From the NCBI GenBank assembly GCA_013265495.1, contig MU058423.1:6929449-6993448 (forward strand): a stretch of DNA of 64,000 bases, given 5' to 3'. Position 1 is the stretch's first letter; the number at the start of each line of letters is the position of its first letter. Below are positions 40,420 to 53,281 of this stretch, one piece after another. The notes under the pieces are model-generated. The model was given only the letters and a program-made list of their open reading frames with translations. It was not told where the DNA came from and searched no databases. This DNA is from Vicugna vicugna (lineage: Eukaryota). The position numbers were made by a program, and so were the translations under genes.

Positions 40420-42065
40420 GTAAAGGCAGTTAAGTGTCTAGAGGTTCAGTAATTCATGAAAGAGCCTCTTTTTTCCCCTTTCATTTCCTGTTTTTGAACT
40501 CCTTCCACTAGCACCATTCAAGCAAAGAGTATTACTGTGCTTCAGCACAAATGGCTAAAAGTGACATTAATTATTCTATTTATTTACTTTTTGTTTGTTT
40601 GGGAAGTCTGCCTTCAGACAGTGGGACTTGGCGAGCTGCAATGCCTTGCAGATGTGCTAACTTTAATTTTTTTCTGACAGAGATGATAGCTTTAATGGCA
40701 CTGATTAAAAGTAGACAGGAGATTTGACCCCTGGAATACTAATTGAAAATATTTGTTGGACTCAAGGCTAAGCATTCAAAATAAAATTCTCTATGGTGAT
40801 ATATTTATCATATTTTGAATACTTACATGGAAAACAAGTGATTAAATACATATTTTAAAATTTCAAAAAGATACCAACGTATCAACAAAATTCATTTTGA
40901 TGCTTAAAAAGATATGTTCTTCATTGCATATTAATGACTTTATTCTTAAAATGTGTATCACATTTCTGTAAATATGTTTATGCTAATACTAAATAGGATC
41001 AAGAATTTTGTTGAAAGAAAATTGTAATGAATTCACTTTTGAAAAATAATGAAGTTATTTCAAGTTAATTATTTTCATCTCAAAAGGACTTAGTATAGAA
41101 CAACAACAACAAAAAAAAACCTTTTGATTAAAGAATAAAGGGTATGAAATTTAGATTTAACAATCATAAATAGTAATATTCAGTAAATACTAAACTTGAA
41201 AAAGGTCGTTCTAGGGTATGGCCCTTGATTTCCCAGAGTTCATGCCTAGAGTAATTTACTTTGGTGTTTGGAACCCCACATTCTTTTCTTCACCTCAGAC
41301 CAGCTGAGCTCTCAAACCTTTGAATTCCTCTTTCATAATTTCAGCTCTTCATGGTGCTTTGACATGCGCATTTTCCAGAAATAGAGTATTAGTCACAAAG
41401 AAAGGAGTCAGTTTGGTTTCACGATCAAATTTTTTCCCCCATATTTAGGGTGTCCCATAATAACTGATTTTTGAAGCAATGGAACTGGATTTCTAAATTC
41501 ACTTCATCCTGGGTGGAATTTTCCATATCCCTTTACCTGCTTAGATTATATAGTTTTTGGTAACAACTTGTACATTAATTTTTAAGTCTTACCCATTCAT
41601 AAGGATACATTTAATTTTCAGATTAAATACTTTTTACATTGCAGTTTACAATTTTATAACATTTTCCTCAATAACTTATTTTGACAAGCATTTTCTGGAA
41701 ACAGTAAAATTAATTTGCCAAGCAGGATATCAAGAAACTGTGAACTTGTTAACGGCACACACTTATTTTTCCCACTCTTTTTATCTATAGAAGGTAATTC
41801 ATAGTGTAGAGTAGTCTGCAATAAAAATCGCTGAATGCATGAATAAATGATACATTTTTTTAAAAGTTCCTTATTTTTAAAAAATAAGCATCTTAAAGAA
41901 TGTAGCATTCAACCATCACTGCCCTGATTGCTATTGACATCATAAAAGGATTAAAATTTTCACAGAACATAAAATTTCACCAAAAAAATCCATGTATCAA
42001 CAAAATTAACTTCGGTGTTGGAAAAGTCTATGATGTTTTAAAAAGGCTTCTCGTTGCATATTATT

Positions 42066-42240
42066 TCACAGAATATCAGATCTAAAAGGAATACTGAAGA
42101 TTTTAAAAATTCAGTCAACTTATTTTTATAAATGAGGGACTGAGGATAAATTAGTTAATGGTGTTGCCTGAATTTACTTATATATTAGTGAACTTGGTTT
42201 AGAATCCAACTCTCTTTAAAACCATGTTAATGTACTTTCT
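42066..42240 (-). mobile_element. MIR/MIR3 fragment
   Basis: ttatttttataaatgagggactgagg...gttgcctgaa...ttagtgaacttggtttagaatccaact. Confidence 0.55.
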
Positions 42241-44839
42241 AGAATGAGAATAATTCTTCCCTTTTATACAATCTAGCAGAGCAAATATAAAATTATTTCA
42301 GAAACACACATATTTATAAGAAAAATAGTTAAATTCCTCTTACTTAAATTGTAATTTCCCAGTGACTGTATGAGAACAAAAACTTTAGAGAAATCTAGTT
42401 ACTTTTAGTTAAATCATATTTTCCCAATGTCTATAAAGCAATATTTCTTAATCTTTTCAGTCCAAGACACACCTATGAACTTGCCAAGGCAAATATGAGA
42501 GAGAGGGCACCTTTATTCCTTAATCTCACTAAAAGATAATTATGATATTGGGTGCTTCAGCAAGAAATGTATTATATATGCTTGAGTACATAGCGTGTCT
42601 CTCCTACCGGTATCCAACAGAGTTTACAGCTTGTTTTCCATTTCACCATCAAATATTAGCAAAAGGGATGGGAAAAATTTAACTTCAAGGTTACCTTAAG
42701 ATTTTCCTTAAAATTAGGAAGTACTGACATCAGTTATTAGCCTAGAGATGTATTCTGTCCAAAAGGAAAAAAAATGACCTCAAGTTACACCATAAGAATA
42801 CAGTAAATTGTTTAAAATATATTCATGCAAAGAAGTAGTATTTTTCTGGAAAATATGATTAAAATTCTCCAGATTTGCTAGTATTATTCAAGAAACTGTA
42901 CCTCTTTTAGTCTGACTCTACAGGGAAAGACTTGACTTTGAATGAATCCTTTGAATATCTTGTGAACATAATTTTATTCTGCTTTTTCCCTGAAGGACTG
43001 GATGGGATTTAATCATTCCAGGTATTAATTGTCTTTTTTTTTCCAGGTATTAATTTCTTAATAAAATTTTAAGCATTTCAGCTAAAATGTATTATTTATT
43101 TAATATATAATTGTCTATGTGTTTTAAAATCAGTATTTTAAAGGTTGTGTGATAGAGTTTAGCCAGAGGCAGAGTTTTTTCACATGCACTCACATTGTTA
43201 GCTCCTCGTTTAAGTTGCAAATAGTATGTTCTGCCACAAAGTAGCTAATAAAAGTTGCTGATTTTTTTTTTTAGATTATAGAATTTTGGAGATACATAAT
43301 GATCTTGTTTTATTATATTTGAAACTTAACATAATCATGATAATGATTTCATAATCCAAATTTCTCAAGTCTTCCAGTAGTGACCTTATATTTAAATATT
43401 CAAAAACAAGAACAAGAACTACCATCTTCCTTGCAGGTACAATGGAAAGGCAAGATCATCCTCCAGTATCTTTGGAATGGAAAGTAGTGGAGCATAGGTG
43501 GGACACTTCCTTCATCTAGTCATTCCAGTCTTAACCTCTTTTCTGAAGATTCCTGTATTCTCAGTCCTATGACTTTTCCTCCTATCTAGCTTCTTTTCTC
43601 ACACTCAATACTACTTGTTTGCCTGCTATGATCAGCAATTTTCTATAGAATTCTGGGATTTGAGAGTCAAAGGTGTGTAACAGATATCCTTGTCATTTTA
43701 AAGTTCAGGAACCATTCACTGCCTGCCATTATGTTGCTAAGGTCTCCACACTTCCTTCTTTCTGATGTCAACCTCAGCCCCAATTCTGTACCCAGGAGAC
43801 AGTCATGGAGGACCTCCTACCTCATCTCTGTGTATTTATTAAGGAGACCAAATTAACTCTATGTCTGACCTCCTTTGATCTAAATTACGTCCAGGGGGCC
43901 TTGTCTTTCAAAACTAAACTTGATCTTTATTGTTTTTCTGTAAGAAAGTACATGTAACTTTATCAACAAAACCATAAAATCAATCCAAATTTTCTTTATT
44001 AGATCATAAATATGATTAATTGACTGGTAGGTAGAAAGTTACGGAGAGTTTTTAATAGGTAACAGCTACGCATTTGAGCTGATGGGAAATTTTTAAAAAA
44101 TAAACATTAAAAGTAACTGAAATTATCACTTAGGTTTATTGAAAGAACCTGTAGTTCATTAATTTATATTCTTTCCACACTATATTCAAATAATTTCAGT
44201 GATATATTTGTTAAACCAGTGCTTAACATTTCGTATTTTTGATGTATTCTAGTGCTTCACAACTTTTATGTAGAATTTCTTCTAAATTGAAATCTCTTGT
44301 CTTATATTTGTGAAAATGGAGACCAGTTGATCACCAACATTTATAAAATTTTTCCAAAAACCACTTAATCCTTTAGAAGGCTGTATTTTACTTTGTAGAT
44401 TAGAAAAAGTGGGTTTCTGGTAACACTGTTTTTTAATCACACAGACTAAGTACTTATCATTTAACCAATTACTTTCTTATCTGTATTTATAGAATATTTA
44501 CCTTGTTTATGGATTCTCATGAATTCTGTTTAGGATGATCTGTTATATATATTTGCTTATATTATTACCTGTAGGTAGAAATTAGAATGCTATAATATAG
44601 GCTATGAACATTATTGAGTTAAACACTAACAAGTATTCTACTATGTTATAAAGCTAGAATGGAAATTCCCCAAGGACTAGAAAATTTTGCTTTTTGTTTT
44701 TTGATCACTGATGTATCTTAAGCTTCTAGAATAGTGCCTGCTACAAGTATAATGTTGCCTTTATATACTATAAAGTTTCATGAACTTTATAAAAAGTGCT
44801 TGTGAATCAAGAGAAAGAGCCTATGTCAGAGAAATCTGG

Positions 44840-45450
44840 TCTTTAGATGCAAAGAATTTTCAGGAAAAATTTCCAAATTCAAAATCTAGATGATAAGTAT
44901 GCAAATACCAGTGTTTATCAAATTTACTTCTAACCAAAGATTTTAAAATGAAAACAATGATGAGTTACTTTCTTTTCTACCCTCAATATGGTTAAGAGTC
45001 CTAATAGAAGCATGGCCTTAGTCACCTTTGCTGTGGGTATAATGAACTGGGTTCTCTCTTACACAGTTGGTGGTAATTTCCCTTTTTTCACATCTGGAGG
45101 ACTCTTTGGTAATAATATAACACAAGATTGTATAACGATCTTGCTTTTTGACCTAGGACTTTCAGGTTTAGAAGTATATTTTTGATAATATTTTATAAAA
45201 CTGAAAAAAAGAAATAACCATTACTCAATAATATATGAGTTAAATAAAACCTGACACATTGGCATAATGGAATAATGTACAGTAATTAAAAGGCCATTGA
45301 AGAAAAATATGCCATGTCATGAGAAAATATTATTTTGATAAGTTAAAAATGTTATAACAGTATGTGCAACATATTTCAAAATATAACTAAAAATAAGTTA
45401 TGGCTTGATATATAAACATGAGAAGAAAAGTTAATAGTATACAGAGTGGG
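44840..45450 (+). mobile_element. Old L1 (L1ME-type) 3' region
   Basis: aaaatgaaaacaatgatgagttact...tctcttacacagttggtgg...tttgacctagga...ataatggaataatgtacagtaattaaaa. Confidence 0.55.
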
Positions 45451-46113
45451 GCGTTATGAGTATCGTTGTTCCCCCCAAAACTGAACATTAGTGGTAGTTA
45501 GTGAAAAAAACCTAAGGTCCTCAGGTTAATGGAGCACATTGTTAACATTTATGGAGATAATGAATGTTTTTATTTTAAATTGCATTTAAAATATTCACAT
45601 TTGTTTGAGTAAATGGTAGAATAAAAGAAAACCTTTTATTTGGATTCTCATCTATGGAAAAGAAGAATTTTGCTAAACTCAAATTTGTTTGTGCTAAATG
45701 AACTTGACCAAAGTTTACTCATTTCCTTGAAATCCTCCAACTCCCTTTCTAGAGAAAATAGCTCACGTGACATTTCATAGCTGAATTACCCAGAGGGTGT
45801 TTCCCATCCCCCACCATCTTTAAAGTGACAGGCTCATCTAGTCACAGCTACTTAGCAAGTAACAATCATCTGAAAATCCTAAATTAGTTTTATAATTCTG
45901 AAGATTCTCATATCTACAGAGAGTTAATGATCACTTCTATGATGCATAGCACTTAGTAATTTTATATTTTTGACTTCTGTGCAGTTCCTGTAATTAGGGA
46001 GCATTTATTCTAGTGGGGGGACATGAACATAGATATAGATATACATCTTACATACACATATTAAGCAAATTATATATATATTATATTATTTGATTTATAT
46101 ATATTACATTTTA

Positions 46114-46138
46114 TACACACACACACACACACACACAC
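46114..46138. repeat. (AC)n microsatellite
   Basis: Direct reading of the sequence. Confidence 0.9.
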
Positions 46139-46488
46139 TCATACACAGCTGTTATATTTGAATGCTAATGTGAATGCATGGAAAACATAAATAGATATTG
46201 GAGTCCACTCCAGCAGGAAGGTCTCCTGAGTACCATGGATTCTGTTCTATTGTAAAAATCTCTGGAGGAGCTTGTCAAAAATTTGGAATGACAGCATCTT
46301 GCTATCCCAGTGGAAAGGTCATTTTCATTTCTAAGAAATGCAGCACAAATTGTTCTTTTTTCATATGCTACAATATTTAGTATTATCACACCTAAGGAGT
46401 TCCTGTGGACAGATTTAAAAAACTTTTTGCTGAGATTATTCAAAATGTAGAAGTTGTCTTTGAGAAAGCTGAACCATTTGTATAATTT

Positions 46489-47117
46489 CTTTTTTTTTGA
46501 TTGAAGTAAAGTCAAGTACAATGTGTCAATCTCTGGTGTACAGCACAATGTCCCAGTCATGCATATACATACATATATTCATTTTCATGTTTTTTTCCAT
46601 TAAAAGTTATTACAAGATATTGAACATAGTTTCCTGTGCTATACAAAATAAACTTATTTTTAATCTTTTTTTATATATAGTGGCTAACATTTGTAAATCT
46701 CAGACTCTCAAATTTATCCCTTCCCATTCCCTTTCCCTAGTACCCATGAGATTGTTTACTAAGTCTGCAAGTCTGTTTCTGTTTTGTAGATGAGTTCATA
46801 GTGTCCCCCTTTTTTTTTTTTGATTCCACATAGTGATATCATATGGTATTTGTCTTTCTCTTTCTGGCTTACTTCACTTAGAATGATGATCTCTAGGTCT
46901 GTCCATCTTGCTACAAATGGCATTATTTTATTCTTTTTTATGGCAGAGTAGTATTCCATTGTATACATATATCACAACTTCTTTATTCAGTCATCTGTCT
47001 ATGGACATTTAGGTTGGTTCTATGTCTTGGCTATTGTATATAGTGCTGCTATTAACATAGGGGTGCATGTATCTTTTTGCATTAGAGCTCCCTCTGGATA
47101 TATACCCAGAAGCGGGA
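46489..47117 (-). mobile_element. 5'-truncated L1 (ORF2 end + 3' UTR) with 11-bp TSD
   Basis: Minus ORF YTMEYYSAIKKNKIMPF...LSEVSQKEKDKYHMISLCGI, T tail, TSD TTGTATAATTT at 46478-46488 and 47118-47128. Confidence 0.93.
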
Positions 47118-48747
47118 TTGTATAATTTTTAAATATTAATCTGTTGTGAAACAACCTGGTCTTTTAAATCTGTATTTTTCAGGATGAGAAACCCATCTGC
47201 TTATTATTAATCTGTGTGTCTATGTGTGTGTCTAAGAGAAAGAGAAAAGGAGAATTGATTTCATTGATGTTTTTCTAATATATACACAGGTATAATAACA
47301 TTTTTGCTCTGAACATGTAAGCTAAATATATCCTTTCTGTATAAGCTTTTTTTTTAAGATTAAATATTCCTTTTTAAAAATTAAGTTGAATTTCATTATG
47401 GAAATATATACAGATGAGGTAGGTGTGAAGTAATGAAATATAATATTCTAAAAACAATGGAACTTATAAATACAAATTTATAAACTAAATGTTATTGTCT
47501 TTATAACATATTATCAGTTACATTGATATTATGCATTTAAATAAAATTTTTATTCTCCTGAACCTCAGTGTTCAGCTAGGCATACAATCTGAATAATCTT
47601 ATTAAATATTTTCCAGAAGCCCCTTCTCTATTCATTCAAAATTCTCCTCTCAACTCTCACTATGTATTCCTTTTGAATACATAAATTGGTTGTAATATTT
47701 GTGGATTTATTATACCAAAAATCTTTTTTCTCTATAGTGTAAAACTGTAACTTCAACTCAATGAACTCACTCTGACAATTGATAAAGTTGTTTATCTTCT
47801 GGGGAAATAAACTTGGGATCAAGTGTTATTCTGTGTACCAGAAACATCCCCCAATTTGTGAGAAAATACAATAATTGACTATCAAATTATAATATATTTA
47901 TACAGTATATAAAGCCCTAAGGGAAAATATATTATTTTCCTTGTGTTCTCAAATTTTATCTTTATTTAGTTCATTATTAGAATATTTCACATGCTTTTTA
48001 CATTTCCTAAGTTTTGTTTTAAATTGGAAAATCTAGGCTTCTTTTTGCATGAGAGAGATACAAATTTGTGGGCATTTTTTTCCCAAGATGTGGTATTTTC
48101 TGCTTGCATCACAAATATGCCTTCATTTATTATCACTATTTTTTGTCCGACCTGCTGGTGATTCTGCTATCTTCCAGATAAGAATAAGCTGTGGATTTCA
48201 TGTCATTAGAAAACCTAAGATATTAGCTGAAAAACCATTAGAATTCATAAAGCAATTCTGTATTGGTGAAGGTTAACTTGTGTTAACCAATACTAATCAG
48301 AAAATAACAATAGGGAGGAAATCCCATCCACGTGGCAACTTTTCCTACCACTCCTGCACTAATTCAGACTCTTAGGACTCATTCTTCCTCTGTTCCTACC
48401 CCACTGACATCACCACCAAGAGTGCTACTCCTACTACTGCTCTCATTATTAGACAATGACAATAATAAACCAAGGTATGTGCATATTGATAAATGGAAAA
48501 AGATGCTATGAAGAAAACAAAGCAGCATCTGAAAGCCAGGAAAAATAAAACTGCAACATATACCATATTCTTAGATTTTTAGAAAATGAAGTTTGCAAAA
48601 TAAATTCATACATGATAAATTAATTTAGACTTACCACAATTTCAGACTTGAACAAAATGATCCTGAAACTTATCTGGAAGAATAAAAGAGTGATTTTAAT
48701 TTAAGACATGTGATGGAGACTTATTTCATATGCTACTACAAGGGAGT

Positions 48748-49232
48748 GTTTGTTCATTCATTCATGGGATAGTTAATGAGGTCCTTAGTCAGTGATGGGC
48801 ATTCACAACACAGCAGCAGACAGGGAAAGGGAGAACTTCATAAAGCTTTCAATCTGATTGACAATATCGAAAATAGACAAATAAACATATAAATGGACAA
48901 AAATGACTGATTATGACCATTTCTATGAAGTAGATTGTAAGATCCAGAATAGCTAGAATGACCAAGAAATGTCTTTTTGAGGAAGGAGAGATTGATTAAG
49001 CAGAGACCCCAAGATGAAAATCAGCTATCCCTTTGCACAGGTAAGGGAACAATATTCCTAGTTCAAGCTGCAGGAACTCAGACAAGTCCTTTAATCTCTG
49101 TCCCGTTCTTCATCTGAAAAACAGGGATACTATAGTATCTACCTTATAGAATTGTTAAGAAAGCAAGTTATTCTGTGTCAAGTACATAAAACAGTGCTGG
49201 AAACACAGTAAGTATTCAATGAATGTTAGAGG
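48748..49232. mobile_element. L2 tail (- strand, ~48748-49050) and MIR (+ strand, ~49075-49232)
   Basis: ttcattcattca L2 terminus; MIR tttaatctctgtcccgttcttcatctgaaaaacagggata...tagaattgttaaga...cacagtaagtattcaatgaatgttag. Confidence 0.6.
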
Positions 49233-49980
49233 CTTTTGATAATACCTGAAATTTCACTAAAAATGGATAGAGATAAACAGAAAATCTAGCCAAACAAGAA
49301 AAAAAAAAAGAACATTCACATTTTACATACAATTAACTCTCATTAGCAATCCAAAAAGAAACGGGAGTCATTTGATTTTGTTTATTACACCCATTTAAAA
49401 CCATTCTATTTAAAATAATATGAAAGAGTAGACTTGCAGAACTAGAAACCAATCACTTAAATTTCAAATGTTGTCAGAATGATTGAATGTGTTTATCTTA
49501 AAATCTTGGAGTAACTTGTATTTTTTAACCAAATTTAATGCTTATAAAGACATAGTGGAAACCAAGGAAATCCAGTTATTGGGACATGTAGGCAGAAAGC
49601 AAGGAATGCGGCTTCCATCATGAACCTTCCTGCTCAGTTTCCCTGCCTGCTACCTTGCAGTTTGCTGAGGCTTTCATTTTCTTGTAAGCAGAACACAAGG
49701 AAAAGAACATTTAGAAACTTGTAGCATTTCTCAGTATGAAACAATTTTGTAGACCTCAGATCTGAATCTGCATCTGAGTTATCCAAAAATGTTTTTTTGG
49801 TTCTCCAAAAAGAGTTATGATTTATACATTTGGGGAAACTATAATAGGCTAATGTTTTCATGGGAGTTGGACACATAAAGGCCAGCATGCTACCAGGAAT
49901 GCCAGTATCACTGGAGATCTGATTTTGACATTTTTGCCTTTGAAATTTCTAAAATAACGACAATGACAGGGACATAATAG

Positions 49981-50047
<67 letters not shown>

Positions 50048-50055
50048 GGTGGTGA
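49981..50055. repeat. Compound trinucleotide microsatellite (TGA)17(TGG)7
   Basis: Direct count: TGA x17 at 49981-50031, TGG x7 at 50032-50052. Confidence 0.95.
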
Positions 50056-50059
50056 TTAT

Positions 50060-51330
50060 ACATTTCCTCTTCTGGTACACCTGAGAAATCAAAAACACCA
50101 AAAGGAAAATACATACAACCTCTACATCATTTGGGATTTCCAAGACTCTAAGGATCCAGAATGAGGCCTCACTGAGTACCCTGTGAAAATCACATGCCCT
50201 TTGCAATATTTCTGCCAATTCCTGATGGTTGCCACTCTCGTGATCTAACACCAAGAAAAGAGCTCCTTCTTCCCAGTGGCATCCTATATCCAGTGATGCA
50301 GCTGAAGTGTAAACAACACACTACCCCAATTCCTAGCAATTCTTAAGGTCCATCTCAGTTCCAGCTTTCTTTGGATTGCAGTTTAACAACTCTATCAGGC
50401 CAATCTTAACTTCCTTCACTATTCCATATGTGTTTATCTCAAAGACTGTCTTCAATAAACATTGTACAAGCAAATCTCTGTTTAAATCTGTTTTCTGGAA
50501 GCATTGCTTATGAGGGCTGATGTCAGAAGTAGTTCAAGGTGGCAGGAACTATAATGGGATATTGAAATTGGATCATTTGGCAATGAGGACCCCATTACTG
50601 GTGGTAGATAAAGCGTGATTAACCCCTGGCATCATGTAAATGTGCAATTGTTAAAACTTTTACTTGTGATAAACTGGTATGGGATACTGATGAAAGTGAA
50701 GATACTAGCAGATGCAATATCTCAGGAATATCAGAAATTCAAGGGAAACAGGAGCTATGAAATTGGATGGCTGGAGGTAATTGATATATCAGAGAAATAA
50801 AAGGAAATTTTAAGTTTGAGATGGTTAATCACCAACTTAAGTCTACGTACAAAAGCCAGAAAGCCACTTTGGTAGTCAATAAAGTATTTTCATTTTTTTG
50901 CAAGTGTATTGCAGAAAAAAAAGAGCATTAGGCCCAGTACATAATTATAGCAAAGCTTGAAGGAAGTTGAATAGTCATCTGGGAAAGTCTGGTATAGCAG
51001 CCAGAGCTCTGATTGGAGAAATGTGAGGTATTGCAACATAAGATGGCCACTTCTGACTCAAAGTTTCAGAAAATTTTGAATCCTCAGATTCCTCTGAACT
51101 GTTTGGACATGCGGAATTATCTCATTCTATTATGTTCTACTCCAGAGTACTCCTTTCTTAAAAATGATGCAGAGGTCTCCTTTTTCAAGCAAACATGCAC
51201 ACTGCTGCCCACCACAACATGACTTTTATGACCCAGTCATAAAAGCCTGGTCCTGCTTAAACAGGAAAGAGATGATACCCTCTTTGAAGTGGCTGCAAGA
51301 CCTTGTACAATCAGGAGCTCCCGCAGTGGA
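50060..51330 (+). mobile_element. Ancient ERVL element: LTR16-like LTR (to ~50515) plus gag-region internal sequence
   Basis: LTR end tcaataaacattgtacaagcaaatctctg...tctgttttctgg, then a decayed PBS-like tgatgtcagaagtagttc, then a gag-like frame (DPITGGR..NPWHHV..QLLKL...YEIGWL). Confidence 0.55.
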
Positions 51331-52409
51331 AGGGGTACAATGTAATCAACTTTTTACCAAATGGCTCGTTCATTTTCTTGAAATATAATTTTGTATTGGA
51401 GGCTCAGCATTAACCATGCTTTTGACTGGATATCACCAGTGACAGTAATTATATCTGTCTTTTCTTTTCTTTTTTCTTTCTTTTTTTATGGAATAAGGGA
51501 AGGCCAGGTTTTAACGTCTTCAAGCCCTAGGGCCATCCAGCTCTTGGCCATGCCCCACAGCCCTGCTATTCACTCTGGCAGTGGCCAGTGGGCTTCATCC
51601 AAACTTTCTGCTGTGGCTGCTCCGTCATCCTCAGGCACCAGTTCCAAGTCCAGCTCCAGCTGGCCCATGTTAGTGGGAGCCCACACTTTTGGAAACTATG
51701 CAAGGCCTCCATTTCTGTCATCATATTGTTCCCTGTGCCAGCACTGGGGTAGCCAATTATAAATGTTTGCTTTTGCCAACTGGTCAAGTCATTTTGTCTA
51801 ATTAATTTGGTGTTCCTTTCATTGTAGATGCTCTCTTGTCCACAATAACTACAAAGATCTTTAAGCGTCATTTCTATCCCAGTAGCTCTACATTCTTCAA
51901 CTGGGACTTTCCATAAAGCTCACACAGCATCTTTTTTTTTTTTTTTGGCCTCTACTGATATTCTAAAATCATCAGGACATCTGAGTACTTATGCTGTTAG
52001 CTGCATAGCCTAGATCTACCTAAGATGCCTTTCCTAATCTGGGCCTTATCCAAAACTAGCAGTCTTTTGTCTCACCCAGTAAATAGACCAGAACAGCATT
52101 CATAAGTGTGAAATATGCTGCCTCTAAAACTTTAAGACGTCTACCAAATGTTATCCTTTCTTTTTAATGGTGGAAGGTGTAAGATATATATAGATAATCT
52201 ATACACATAGATATAGAGATATTTTTTTACTTCGGCTGGCATGTCTAGACATGAAACTGCCATTGTATATCTTCTTTGAAGAAATGTTCATTCAAGTCAA
52301 TTTTTTGCCATTGAGTTTTAGAGGTTATATATATATATATATATATATTTATATTTAACTCCTTATCAGATCTATAGCTTGAATATATTCCTTCTATTCT
52401 GTAGGCCCT

Positions 52410-52893
52410 TGTGGTTGTTAATATGATTGCAAGACACCCTCAGCAGTAACCATGAGGAAATTTTGGGGGAAATGATTTGTTATTTACAAGTTCTAGAAAT
52501 TACATGCCGTCTGGGGCTTGTGTGTGAGGTCACAGAGAGGGAGAGAGAGAGAGTGTAAGTCTGGGGTTCTGCTTTTATTTGTGGTCAATGGCAGGGACCT
52601 AGTGTTTCATAGGCTCAATATTGGTGAATTTAAAATGTTAAGATGCGGAATATTAAAATGCAGCAAGAGAAAAAAGAAAAGCAGCCCAAATAGTCAGTTA
52701 TCTAAACCAACCACGATCTCTTAAAAAAAAAAGTGCAGCTTGGCTTTTTACGTAGTTGTATAGTTAACAATGAGTTTATTCAAATTAGCTATCATGAATT
52801 GGATGCCTCTTCAAAATAGATGCCTCTGCAATCAAAGCTCAAGTCAGGCACTTGCGTTACAAGAAAGAAAACTCAATTCTCACGGCTCACACA
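52410..52893 (-). mobile_element. LTR-like insertion (TG...CA) nested in the old L1
   Basis: Non-L1 block tgtggttgtt...ctcacaca interrupts collinear L1 sequence; reverse-strand AATAAA (tttatt ~52574). Family not identified. Confidence 0.55.
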
Positions 52894-53012
52894 ATTCCCT
52901 TCTTTCCTTTGCTGTAAATAAGTTTGTTTGTTTTTGTTTTTGTTTTCTTAGTTTAACATAGTCCTATTTGTCTTTTTTTTTTTTTTTTTTTTTTTTTGTT
53001 TTTGATGCCTTT

Positions 53013-53052
<40 letters not shown>

Positions 53053-53281
53053 TTTGATGCCTGTACTTTTGGTGTTATAGCCATTAAATCATTGCTAAAA
53101 TCAATATCATGAAGCTTTTCCCTATGTTTTCTTCTAGGAGTTTTATATTTTCATGTTTTACATTTATATCTTTATCTATGTTGAGTTGATTTTTATGTTG
53201 GTGAAAGATAGTGGTCCTATTTCATCCTTTTTCATGGGGATATCCAGTTCCCCAACAACATTTTTCAAAAAGATGATCCTT

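Noticed and set aside
49908..50254. Poly-His and poly-Thr/Ile ORFs on the minus strand
   Set aside because: These are translations of the (TGA)n(TGG)n microsatellite, with no other coding evidence.
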